IMG/VR virus record: IMGVR_UViG_2617270985_000008
Strand: one strand, 5' to 3'
Origin: a virus
Lineage: Duplodnaviria > Heunggongvirae > Uroviricota > Caudoviricetes
DNA length: 20,058 nucleotides
Shown: positions 1 to 7,970 of the stretch, one piece after another
How the letters are laid out: the number at the start of each line of letters is the position of its first letter
How positions within the stretch are numbered: the stretch's first letter is position 1
The notes under the pieces: model-generated
The model's input: the letters and a program-made list of their open reading frames with translations, nothing else
Database searches by the model: none
What the model was told of the DNA's origin: nothing
Translations under genes and position numbers: made by a program

Positions 1-549
1 ATGCAATTTAATATCCCTACGTTGCTTACACTGTTCCGTGTCATCCTTATCCCATTCTTTGTATTGGTCTTTTATCTGCCTGTCACCTGGTCGCCGTTTG
101 CCGCCGCGCTCATTTTCTGCGTCGCGGCGGTGACTGACTGGTTCGATGGTTTTCTGGCACGCCGCTGGAACCAGAGTACCCGGTTTGGTGCTTTCCTTGA
201 CCCTGTCGCAGATAAAGTTCTCGTGGCTATCGCCATGGTGCTGGTAACCGAGCATTATCACAGCTGGTGGGTGACCTTACCGGCGGCAACGATGATCGCC
301 CGTGAAATTATTATTTCTGCGCTACGCGAATGGATGGCGGAGTTGGGTAAACGCAGTAGCGTGGCTGTCTCCTGGATTGGGAAAGTGAAAACCACGGCCC
401 AGATGGTGGCGTTGGCCTGGCTGCTGTGGCGTCCGAACATTTGGGTTGAGTACGCCGGTATTGCACTTTTCTTTGTGGCTGCGGTACTGACTCTGTGGTC
501 AATGTTGCAATATTTGAGCGCTGCGCGTGCAGATTTGCTTGATCAGTGA
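1..549 (+). CDS. pgsA: CDP-diacylglycerol--glycerol-3-phosphate 3-phosphatidyltransferase (phosphatidylglycerophosphate synthase)
   Basis: Complete 182-aa ORF with TGA at 547-549; translation ([20 protein letters not shown]...[25 protein letters not shown]...) recognised as E. coli PgsA, including the CDP-alcohol phosphatidyltransferase motif. Confidence 0.96.
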
Positions 550-599
550 TCGTTTCGGCGCAATTTTCAGCAAACGATCAAAAGTGGTGAAAAATATCG

Positions 600-627
600 T
601 TGACTCATCGCGCCAGGTAAGTAGAAT
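600..627 (+). promoter_or_regulatory. Sigma70-type promoter of the tRNA operon (TTGACT, 16-nt spacer, TAGAAT)
   Basis: TTGACT at 600-605 and TAGAAT at 622-627, about 70 bp upstream of the first tRNA, followed by a GC-rich stretch. Confidence 0.5.
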
Positions 628-700
628 GCAACGCATCGAACGGCGGCACTGATTGCCAGACGATAATAAAATCAAGTGATTAACTGATTGCTTGATGAAT

Positions 701-776
<76 letters not shown>

Positions 777-830
777 GTTTAAAAGACATCGGCGTCAAGC
801 GGATGTCTGGCTGAAAGGCCTGAAGAATTT

Positions 831-904
831 GGCGCGTTAACAAAGCGGTTATGTAGCGGATTGCAAATCCGTCTAGTCCGGTTCGACTCCGGAACGCGCC
901 TCCA
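831..904 (+). tRNA. cysT: tRNA-Cys (anticodon GCA)
   Basis: 74-nt sequence GGCGCGTTAACAAAGCGGTTATGTAGCGGATTGCAAATCCG...GGAACGCGCCTCCA; anticodon loop TTGCAAA. Confidence 0.95.
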
Positions 905-916
905 CTTTCTTCCCGA

Positions 917-1003
917 GCCCGGATGGTGGAATCGGTAGACACAAGGGATTTAAAATCCCTCGGCGTTCGCGCTGTGCGGGTTCAAGTCCCGCTCCGGGTA
1001 CCA
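917..1003 (+). tRNA. leuZ: tRNA-Leu (anticodon TAA), long variable arm
   Basis: 87-nt sequence GCCCGGATGGTGGAATCGGTAGACACAAGGGATTTAAAATCCC...GTCCCGCTCCGGGTACCA; class II tRNA with extra arm. Confidence 0.95.
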
Positions 1004-1045
1004 TGGGAAAGATAAGAATAAAATCAAAGCAATAAGCAGTGTCGT

Positions 1046-1078
1046 GAAACCACCTTCGGGGGGGTTTTTTTTATTTTT
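1046..1078 (+). terminator. Rho-independent terminator of the tRNA operon
   Basis: GC-rich imperfect hairpin (AAACCACC TTCG GGGGGG) followed by a T8 run and further T tracts. Confidence 0.5.
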
Positions 1079-1541
1079 ATTTTTTGCTATGGCGGGGGAG
1101 GGGCGGTGGTGTGGCGATATGCAGAAACAATGGTAGTGCACGTGCTGTTTAAACTCTAAGGATGAAGCAGAATTCTTCTGCAGCTCCTCCGTATTTCGCA
1201 TAGTGAACCAGGACCTCTGTTAAACAAAAATTTTTCTGGGATTTTTTCACTCGACTTCATTTTTCCTCCTGCAATCCACCAACAGGTACCTGCGCTAATC
1301 TATCTTTTTAATCTGACAACATCTTGGGAAAAGGCAAATTCGTCAGATTTACTGTTTTTCTGCTGCCTCGAATGCCGATGTCTGAAGCACTGATAAGAGT
1401 TCTATCTCTTTGATATAGATCTTTTTTTTGATGAATTGCACGACATATTATCGTTATGACACCTTCTTGTTAAAGGTATTGTACTCCTCATCTCGATTTT
1501 ATGATGTGGGCTATGATTGGTTAGTAATAGAGTGTATCGGT

Positions 1542-1823
1542 ATGCGATGTGGTTTATTAATGGCAATCTGCCTTTGTTTAGTATCTTTTAGTGGATATGC
1601 AGCAACAGGAAAGTCTGATGCTCAGATCAAAAAAGAAATAATTAAAGAATCCATTGAATCTTATCCAGGCAATTGTGCGTGTCCTTATAATCATGCAAGG
1701 AATGGTAGTAGATGTGGTGGACGCAGTGCATATAGCCGTAATGGAGGGTATGACGTGGTATGTTATGAGGGTGATGTTACCGATGAAATGATCCGGCAAT
1801 GGAAGCAGGAGAATGCTGAGTAA
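1542..1823 (+). CDS. Small secreted Cys-rich hypothetical protein (signal peptide)
   Basis: ORF-track frame 1428..1823; the likely start is ATG 1542 giving MRCGLLMAICLCLVSFSGYA-ATGKSD..., a hydrophobic signal peptide with a probable cleavage site. The mature part has 5 Cys (PGNCACPYNHARNGSRCGGRSAY...VVCY). AT-rich. Function not recognised. Confidence 0.5.
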   Translation: MRCGLLMAICLCLVSFSGYAATGKSDAQIKKEIIKESIESYPGNCACPYNHARNGSRCGGRSAYSRNGGYDVVCYEGDVTDEMIRQWKQENAE

Positions 1824-1899
1824 TCTCTTTTAACAGGTTTGTTGTGCGAGCATTATGTGCCGTTAACGGTACACTAGCTAGTGATTGTTCCAAAAAGAA

Positions 1900-1925
1900 A
1901 ACCCGCAGTTCTTACGCTGCGGGTT
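1900..1925. terminator. Bidirectional hairpin terminator between the convergent secreted-protein and hok-like genes
   Basis: Perfect stem AACCCGCAG / CTGCGGGTT with 8-nt loop; A-run upstream on the + strand (T-run on the - strand) and T-rich downstream. Confidence 0.45.
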
Positions 1926-2011
1926 TGTTGTTCATGTCTGTGAGATAGGGTGCCACTTCAGCCAACCTTAGCAACCGATTGACGGGGGATTGCTCCCCCG
2001 TCGCGGTTTCC

Positions 2012-2152
2012 TTACTGCTTACACTGTAAGAACGCCGCAAACTCCGCTCCCCAGAAGCTCATCCGTATTTCACACAGCGAACCGTGTAGCATCCAGATGA
2101 TGAGGATTACCGTCACGCAGAACGTGATGGCTGTAAGCGATTTTTGCGACAT
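2012..2152 (-). CDS. Hok/Gef-family type I toxin (small membrane peptide), 46 aa
   Basis: Not in the ORF track (under 60 aa). Translation MSQKSLTAITFCVTVILIIWMLHGSLCEIRMSFWGAEFAAFLQCKQ has the Hok/Gef hallmarks: N-terminal TM helix, SLCEIR motif and E(V/F)AAF motif. SD AAGGAG lies 8 nt upstream of the ATG. A perfect 8-bp hairpin (GACGGGGG/CCCCCGTC, 1981-2002) follows the stop, and the upstream leader is GC-rich and structured. Confidence 0.6.
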   Translation of the reverse strand: MSQKSLTAITFCVTVILIIWMLHGSLCEIRMSFWGAEFAAFLQCKQ

Positions 2153-2342
2153 AGCGCTTGCTCCTTTGTTGGAGAGGCGCTAACCTATCACTTGCTTAAG
2201 GTAGATATGTTAGGGCCTCGGTTAAACAGAAATGTTTTCCGGGGCCTTTCCACATCCGGCCTTCGGGTATTCCTCCGACCATCAGCCGAAAGGCACCCGC
2301 GGGTAATCTATCGTTTTTTTGTTACTCCGGCAATTCTGCCTG

Positions 2343-2603
2343 TTAATTCTGAGGTAAAGGCAAACTCATCTGATTGTTTCCCCTGTGTGAAGCTGGCAGC
2401 TCATGCCACGGGATACCTTCCGAAGAGTGAACGCCGGAGGCGTGTTTTGATGTGAATTTATGGAAAGCTTCCAGTGTTGAGAAGCATACGCCGCATTCCA
2501 GGTTGTTACACTGGTAATACTTTTGCCGCACAGTGTTTGAATCGTTTTCCGGACGACTGGTGCGGATTCGGGCAGATGCGCCACAAAGCGGACAACGGAA
2601 CAT
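2343..2603 (-). CDS. ogr: Ogr/Delta-family zinc-finger late-gene transcriptional activator
   Basis: N-terminus MFRCPLCGASARIRTSR...YYQCNNLECGVCF matches the P2 Ogr Cys4 zinc-finger pattern (MFHCPLC...ARTSR...YHQC.N..C). Strong SD GGGAGG 5 nt before the ATG. Confidence 0.85.
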   Translation of the reverse strand: MFRCPLCGASARIRTSRPENDSNTVRQKYYQCNNLECGVCFSTLEAFHKFTSKHASGVHSSEGIPWHELPASHRGNNQMSLPLPQN

Positions 2604-2892
2604 AGCGACCTCCCTTAACGTGGTGCTGCCGCTATTCTAAGTTGTAATAGCTCAGACTCCAACTGACAGTTTGCGCAGCCAGAATACAATCAAACCTAGC
2701 GGTACGCTTTGTGCGAAGAGCGGAAGTTCGCAACTCCAACAACTTTGATAACCTCCGCATAAATGGAAATCGGTTGCTTACATAAGTTTATTGGCTGAGG
2801 TGCATATCGGGAAGCAAGCGGGCAGTGCCATCTTATCTGTTACAATCCCGAAATGATTGTTCAGCCCGCTTTTTCTAACAGCATGTAAACAT

Positions 2893-4032
2893 TCAGCTGC
2901 AAATTTCGTTGTTGCTGCATGTTATCTCTTCAAGTGCAGCGGCGTTATAATCAACGGAATGATCAACCTGTGATGTAGGTCTGCCAAAAAATTCAACCCC
3001 TGACATAATCATGTTGCCGATATTCTCTCGCTGTTTATCACTGAGCCTGTCCCACCACTCAGGGGATGAATATGTATTTTCGGCCTTTGTGAAGAAAAAA
3101 TACAGAAGGGTATTGAACATCCTGTTAGCTGGGATCTTAATTAGTGTCCGTATAAAACGTCTGATAATTGTTGAAGTTCTCAGCCAACTGAACACTACAT
3201 ATCCCTTACCTCCGCAGGAAAAAGCATTGAAACATACTTGTTCCGCCGACACTGTAAGATCGCTCAAATCCTGAATTTTGGTCCCATCGAAATCCCTCTC
3301 CGGTGAAAGAATTGACGAAACTACAATTGGTAAAGGCTCTGCAAAAGTGAAGATAACACTTTCAATTTCTGAAAATTGCCTGCTAAGTAGGATGCGGTCG
3401 AGGCTAGTTTTAAGATTATTTAATTCAATTATTGCTGCATTTAAGCCACTTTGGTGCTGGTCGATTAATTTCTGAATATAATACTGTTCAACTTGTAGCT
3501 TTCCTTTATCGGCATTTTTAGCAAAATCAGAAGATAGCACTCCCCCTTCTTTGGCATAAATTTCTTTAGACAATGAACGAAACATTAAGGCAAAGCACTG
3601 CTCGTCCGTGCCTGTAAATTTTTCGTTCTCTAGGCATGAAAATAAGATTCTGTCATGAACTGCACAAAATCCTGTAAAAGTGGATGCCTGATTGATACCG
3701 ATCTTCTCGGGAAGCCATTTTCCGTTGTTTCTCATCAGGCTTGCTAAGTTCATTATCACCCCCATGACGTGATTGCTGGAGTCGGCGATCGCCTTAAGGC
3801 TACTGCTCTTAGATATCGTATGCGCCTGAACGATGCGTTTATCACAATCTTCGTGCATGGATGCTGGCGCATAACATGCCTTTCTCTGCGAGAGAGACTT
3901 TGAAAATTTCAGTGCCTCGGCTTTGGATACCGGAGTTTCACGATCTCGACCAAGATGGCACTTTTTATACTTAAGTCCTGAATTACACCAGCACTTATCA
4001 TTTCTTCCTAATTTCACTTTATTGTTTCCCAC
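2893..4032 (-). CDS. Hypothetical protein with N-terminal SEC-C zinc-binding motif (prophage cargo)
   Basis: 379-aa ORF in a markedly AT-rich segment between D and ogr. The N-terminus KLGRNDKCWCNSGLKYKKCH resembles the SecA C-terminal SEC-C metal-binding motif. No Walker A or other catalytic motif recognised. Start is GTG at 4032 (or GTG at 4017); no in-frame ATG before the motif. Confidence 0.7.
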   Translation of the reverse strand: MGNNKVKLGRNDKCWCNSGLKYKKCHLGRDRETPVSKAEALKFSKSLSQRKACYAPASMHEDCDKRIVQAHTISKSSSLKAIADSSNHVMGVIMNLASLMRNNGKWLPEKIGINQASTFTGFCAVHDRILFSCLENEKFTGTDEQCFALMFRSLSKEIYAKEGGVLSSDFAKNADKGKLQVEQYYIQKLIDQHQSGLNAAIIELNNLKTSLDRILLSRQFSEIESVIFTFAEPLPIVVSSILSPERDFDGTKIQDLSDLTVSAEQVCFNAFSCGGKGYVVFSWLRTSTIIRRFIRTLIKIPANRMFNTLLYFFFTKAENTYSSPEWWDRLSDKQRENIGNMIMSGVEFFGRPTSQVDHSVDYNAAALEEITCSNNEICS

Positions 4033-4431
4033 GAAATTAATGTTCTATAACAAAAACACTTATCGAAAATAGGTGTAATTTATCACTCCGGCAGCTAAAA
4101 GATCATCTGCCACATGCACGATAATAAATCTTCCTTGCGTCATCATCTCCCTCTGTTCTTAAATCAGGTGTTGCCTGTGTGCGGAGGATTCGCGAAGTAC
4201 AGTAGCCGAAATGCATGATCTTACCCATCAATGGTGAGCACGCGATAATAAGTGAGTCCCTAATTGACCACTCATGGCAATACAACTTCAACCAGCATTC
4301 ATGACCACTATCCGTGGATTAACTGTTACATAAGCAACACCTGCTCTAGGCACAAAGCGGGCTGCCAGATTGGGTCTGGCACTGTGCTGTGAGTGTGTCA
4401 GTTCTGGTTTGAGTCAATACATCTAATTTGC

Positions 4432-5532
4432 TCATTCTGTTTCTGCTATCCATTCCGGGATTTTTGCTTCAAGCTCAAGCTGTGTGGTAAAGCCGCTGTT
4501 ATCAATGGTGTGCTCGGCTTTTGCAATAATCCAGTCCTGATTATCGATGTCACTTTTGAAGCCTGTCACCGTGCCATGCATTTCGGGATAGAGTTCTGCG
4601 CGTCCACGCGCCAGCGTGATGGAGAATGATGCGGCTCCGCGTTGTAGCTGCTGCCACTTTGCCGCCGCTGCACGTCTTGCTGCCTGCTCGTTCTGATAAG
4701 TCTTGCGTAACACAAACACGTTGCCTTCCGCACCTTCCATATAGTCACCTTCACGGCTGCTGCTTTTCTCCTTTTTCGGTTTGCGGCGTTTCACGCTGAC
4801 TTTTTTCTTTTTCCCGTAATTAAGATCAAGCCAGTAAGCACGTACCCCCGTATACGCTTCGCGGTCAGCAATGCGGAACTGATGGCGATCGCCACTGCTG
4901 CGCGTGATGGCGAACGATGGCAACGGCTGGCCCTGTGCGTTCACGCCACCGCCTGGCATGATGAATAACAGATTACTGCTTTTTACCGTAGTGATTGCGC
5001 CCAGCATTTCCGCCATGCGCGTAAGGAAGGACATGTCGCTTTCTTCGGTCTGGTCGGCGTGGTCGATTTCAATATCCATCAGCATTTCGCTGATTTGTGG
5101 TTTCAGACCGTACCGATGAGCGATGGCGGATACCACGCGCTCAACGGTCACATCATGCCAGGACACCTCACGTTTAACGTTAAATTCATCCCGAAAATCT
5201 GCGCTTCTGGCTGAAACAGTCAGCCTGTCCGGCGGTCCTTCGTGAGCGATTTCATCAACAATGTAAGTGCCTTTTTCTGTCAGCGGTTCTCCTTTCCAGC
5301 CAATGAGAACCGTCAGGCGCGCGCCCCGTGGCGGTAGCTGCAACTGACCATCCGCATCATCCAGCGTGATGGTGAGCAGGTCCGCTTCAAATCCCCGGTT
5401 GTCGGTCAGTGACAGGCTCATCAGGCGCTCTGCCACGCCGGACAGTGTTTCCCCCTCCGCGAGAATATCAAAATCCGGCATTTTCACGGGGTCTGTGCTC
5501 TGACTGAGCAATTGCATGGTGGTATCGGTCAT
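4432..5532 (-). CDS. D: P2 gpD-like tail protein (late control gene D family)
   Basis: Translation (…SLSLTDNRGFEADLLTITLDDADGQ…SARSADFR…SDGDRHQFRIADREAYTGV…EGDYMEGAEGNVF…NSGFTTQLELE) matches phage gpD. Start chosen at ATG 5532 (MTDTTMQLL…) because of a strong GGGAGG SD; the longer track ORF to 5664 adds a low-complexity extension with no RBS. Confidence 0.85.
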   Translation of the reverse strand: MTDTTMQLLSQSTDPVKMPDFDILAEGETLSGVAERLMSLSLTDNRGFEADLLTITLDDADGQLQLPPRGARLTVLIGWKGEPLTEKGTYIVDEIAHEGPPDRLTVSARSADFRDEFNVKREVSWHDVTVERVVSAIAHRYGLKPQISEMLMDIEIDHADQTEESDMSFLTRMAEMLGAITTVKSSNLLFIMPGGGVNAQGQPLPSFAITRSSGDRHQFRIADREAYTGVRAYWLDLNYGKKKKVSVKRRKPKKEKSSSREGDYMEGAEGNVFVLRKTYQNEQAARRAAAAKWQQLQRGAASFSITLARGRAELYPEMHGTVTGFKSDIDNQDWIIAKAEHTIDNSGFTTQLELEAKIPEWIAETE

Positions 5533-5689
5533 CTGTTCCCTCCCTGTGCGGCATGGTCGCATGTGCGTGCATAGGGGGTTACTGCTTTTTGTTGTCGCCG
5601 TGGCGGGAGAACGGCGCAGGGGTGAGATTACGCGCGTGGTGGGTGATGATTGTTGCCGAATCATTTAACGGATACAAGGGGCTGAAGCT

Positions 5690-6874
5690 ATGAGTGAAAC
5701 TCGTTTTCATGGTGCCCGTGTTACGGAAAGTACCGACCTGGTAACAGCGATTAATGATGTTGATTCCAGTGTTATCGGTATCGTGGCAACGGCGGATGAT
5801 GCGGACGCGGAGCTGTTCCCGCTGAACAAGCCCACACTGCTGACCCGCGTCAATGACGTGCTGGGAAAATGCGGGACTACGGGGACGCTTTATCGTGCGC
5901 TTAAGGCTATTGCAGACCAGGTGAGCACAAAAGTGATCGTCGTTCGCGTGGCTGAACACAAAGAAGAAGGCGGTAAGACGCAGGATCAACTGGTTATCGG
6001 TGGTTCTGAATCTGACGGCAGCTATACGGGGATGTATGCGCTGCTTGTTGCAGAGCAGGATGAAAGCATCGGATACCGTCCGCGTATTCTGGCCGCGCCG
6101 GAGCTGGACACGGAGGCGGTGACAAAATCCCTGTGCGTGATTGCGGGTAAACTGCGCGCGTTTGTGTATGCCTCATGTCATGACTGTAACACGATGGCTG
6201 AGGCAATTACCTACCGCCAGAAATTCAACGAACGTGAGGTGATGCTCTTATGGCCGGACTTCATCGCCTACAACCCGAAAAGTGGCAAAAACGAAACGTT
6301 CCCCGCGCCTGCCTATGCGTGCGGCCTTCGTGCGTACATTGACCATGAGCAGGGCTGGCACAAATCGCTGTCCAACGTTCCTGTTAAAAATGTGCTGGGG
6401 ATGTCCAGGCATGTTTTCTGGTCGTTGCAGGCCGAAGACAGTGATGCCAACAGCCTCAACAACAAAGAAATCACGACCATTATTCGTCGCAACGGGGTCC
6501 GCTTCTGGGGCAACCGCACACCGGAAACGAACGCCTACATCTTTGAGGTGTATACCCGAACCGCACAGGTGCTGGCTGATTCAATTGCGGAAGCGCAGTT
6601 TGAAACCATCGACAGTCCACTGACGCCTGCGAACGTGAAGGATGTTATCAGTGCCATCAGGGCAAAACTGGATTCGCTGGTTACTGCCGGGAAACTGATT
6701 GGCGCGGAGTGCTGGTATGACGTGGTGGATAACAGCACCACGGATTTACGTCAGGGGCGTGTGCGTATTCGCTACAAATATACGCCCGTTCCGCCACTGG
6801 AAGACATGGAGCTTTACCAGACGTTTACTGATGAATACTTTGAACCCGCATTTGCGGTGCTGGGAGGTGCCTGA
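5690..6874 (+). CDS. FI: Contractile tail sheath protein (P2 FI-like)
   Basis: 394 aa; motifs FPLNKP, LRAF.Y, QGWHKSLSNV, FWGNRT, YTPVPPLE are typical of P2 FI sheath. SD AAGGGG upstream. Confidence 0.9.
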   Translation: MSETRFHGARVTESTDLVTAINDVDSSVIGIVATADDADAELFPLNKPTLLTRVNDVLGKCGTTGTLYRALKAIADQVSTKVIVVRVAEHKEEGGKTQDQLVIGGSESDGSYTGMYALLVAEQDESIGYRPRILAAPELDTEAVTKSLCVIAGKLRAFVYASCHDCNTMAEAITYRQKFNEREVMLLWPDFIAYNPKSGKNETFPAPAYACGLRAYIDHEQGWHKSLSNVPVKNVLGMSRHVFWSLQAEDSDANSLNNKEITTIIRRNGVRFWGNRTPETNAYIFEVYTRTAQVLADSIAEAQFETIDSPLTPANVKDVISAIRAKLDSLVTAGKLIGAECWYDVVDNSTTDLRQGRVRIRYKYTPVPPLEDMELYQTFTDEYFEPAFAVLGGA

Positions 6875-7386
6875 TGGCTGTACCAAAACATCTTCGCTTT
6901 TTTACGCTGTTTGTGGATGGTGAAAACGAAGTGGGTAAGGTGACGTCCGTCACTCTGCCTAAGCTGACGCGCAAAACCGACAGCTACCGGGGTGGTGGCA
7001 TGATGGGTGCGGTAAGTATTGATCTCGGTCTGGACGACTCCGCGCTTGATGCGAGCTTTGTCATGGGGGGCGCAGTTCGTGAGCTGTTCCTTAAGTATGG
7101 CGGCACGATTGACGGCACGCTGCTGCGTTTTGCGGGTGAATATTACACCGATGCAGAAAGCGACCTGTATGAAGTCGAAATGCGCGGACGTGTGACGGAA
7201 ATTGATATGGGGGAAGCCAAACAGGGCGAAGCCACATCACACACTTACGCCATTAAAAACACCTACTACAAGCTGAGTGTTAACGATCGCCCGTTGTGGG
7301 AGATTGACCTGCTGAACTTCATTTACCGGAAGGACGGCAAGGACATTGTGCCCGATCGCATCCGTTCCGCGCTCGGGCTTGGCTGA
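6874..7386 (+). CDS. FII: Tail tube protein (P2 FII-like)
   Basis: 170 aa, start overlaps the FI stop (TGATG). Size, position after the sheath gene and sequence fit gpFII. Confidence 0.88.
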   Translation: MAVPKHLRFFTLFVDGENEVGKVTSVTLPKLTRKTDSYRGGGMMGAVSIDLGLDDSALDASFVMGGAVRELFLKYGGTIDGTLLRFAGEYYTDAESDLYEVEMRGRVTEIDMGEAKQGEATSHTYAIKNTYYKLSVNDRPLWEIDLLNFIYRKDGKDIVPDRIRSALGLG

Positions 7387-7440
7387 TAAGTAATATGCAG
7401 GCGGCGCAGTGCGTCGCCTCTGACTGAAAGGAGTTTCCTG

Positions 7441-7806
7441 ATGAAAGAGACGAAAAACATCGATACCGAAAACACGGTAGTTGCTGACACTGTGAAAGAA
7501 ACCAGTGAGCGTGGTGTAAAACTTACCCAACCAATTGAGCGAGGCGGCGAAAAAATCACGTATGTGGAGATCACCGGGGCTATTGAGCAGGCTGGATCTC
7601 TGCGAGATTTGTCGCTGTCTGATGTGCTGAATCTGAAAGCGGAATCCATGTTTACGCTGCTGTCACGCGTGACATCACCGCGACTGGATGAAGTGACGAT
7701 CAAAAAAATGGCATCCCGTGACTTTATTCAGTTATGTGTGGTTGCCGTAAATTTTTTGAGCGGTGCGGACTCTGGCGGGAAGAACGAACAGGCGACGGAA
7801 GCCTGA
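7441..7806 (+). CDS. E: Tail assembly chaperone gpE (zero-frame product)
   Basis: 121-aa ORF with AAGGAG SD, immediately upstream of the tape measure; contains slippery heptamer T_TTT_TTG at 7752-7758. Confidence 0.8.
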   Translation: MKETKNIDTENTVVADTVKETSERGVKLTQPIERGGEKITYVEITGAIEQAGSLRDLSLSDVLNLKAESMFTLLSRVTSPRLDEVTIKKMASRDFIQLCVVAVNFLSGADSGGKNEQATEA

Positions 7807-7970
7807 TCACGGTTGTGTGCTTTGAGCACATAGAAGACTTTGTGGCAGATATTGCCGTTATTTTTAACTGGTCGCCCGCCGAAATCTTCATGATGACGCC
7901 CGGCGAAGTGGTTAGCTGGCGTGAGCGGGCGGCACTTCGCAGCGGGAATGCAGACAATGAAGACTCTTGA
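7441..7970 (+). CDS. Tail assembly chaperone gpE+E' (programmed -1 frameshift fusion)
   Basis: The -1 frame stays open from the slippery site (7752-7758) to TGA at 7968-7970 (the track ORF 7734..7970 is this frame), giving the E+E' extension that ends where T begins, as in P2 (analogous to lambda G/GT). Confidence 0.65.
7752..7758 (+). other. Slippery heptanucleotide T_TTT_TTG for -1 ribosomal frameshift
   Basis: Sequence aaTTTTTTGag inside E, in the correct phase (X XXY YYZ) for the E frame. Confidence 0.65.

Noticed and set aside
258-502. Minus-strand ORFs inside pgsA
   Set aside because: Antisense to a well-supported housekeeping CDS, with no RBS or motif.
2144-2455. Plus-strand 103-aa ORF
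   Set aside because: Antisense to the hok-like gene and ogr; no RBS; spans a GC-rich structured leader.
2366-2584. Alternative minus-strand 72-aa frame overlapping ogr
   Set aside because: The other frame gives the clear Ogr zinc-finger signature with a strong SD; this frame has neither.
2646-2655. 10-mer AATAGCTCAG identical to the D-arm region of tRNA-Gly, suggesting a tRNA fragment or att remnant
   Set aside because: Similarity does not extend beyond 10 nt, and the position (upstream of ogr rather than at the prophage end) does not fit an attachment site; probably chance.
4103-4291. Minus-strand 62-aa ORF in the spacer between D and the SEC-C gene
   Set aside because: No RBS or motif; lies in what is more likely the promoter/5' region of the SEC-C gene.
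4363-4381. Hairpin TGCCAGA-TTGGG-TCTGGCA downstream of D as a terminator
   Set aside because: Short stem without a convincing U-tract on the relevant strand; too weak to call.
5533-5664. N-terminal extension of gpD to the track start at 5664
   Set aside because: The extension is low-complexity (Pro/Arg/Thr/Ser), lacks an RBS, and the internal ATG at 5532 has a GGGAGG SD.
5579-5989. Minus-strand 136-aa ORF across the FI start
   Set aside because: Overlaps the FI promoter and N-terminus antisense; no support.
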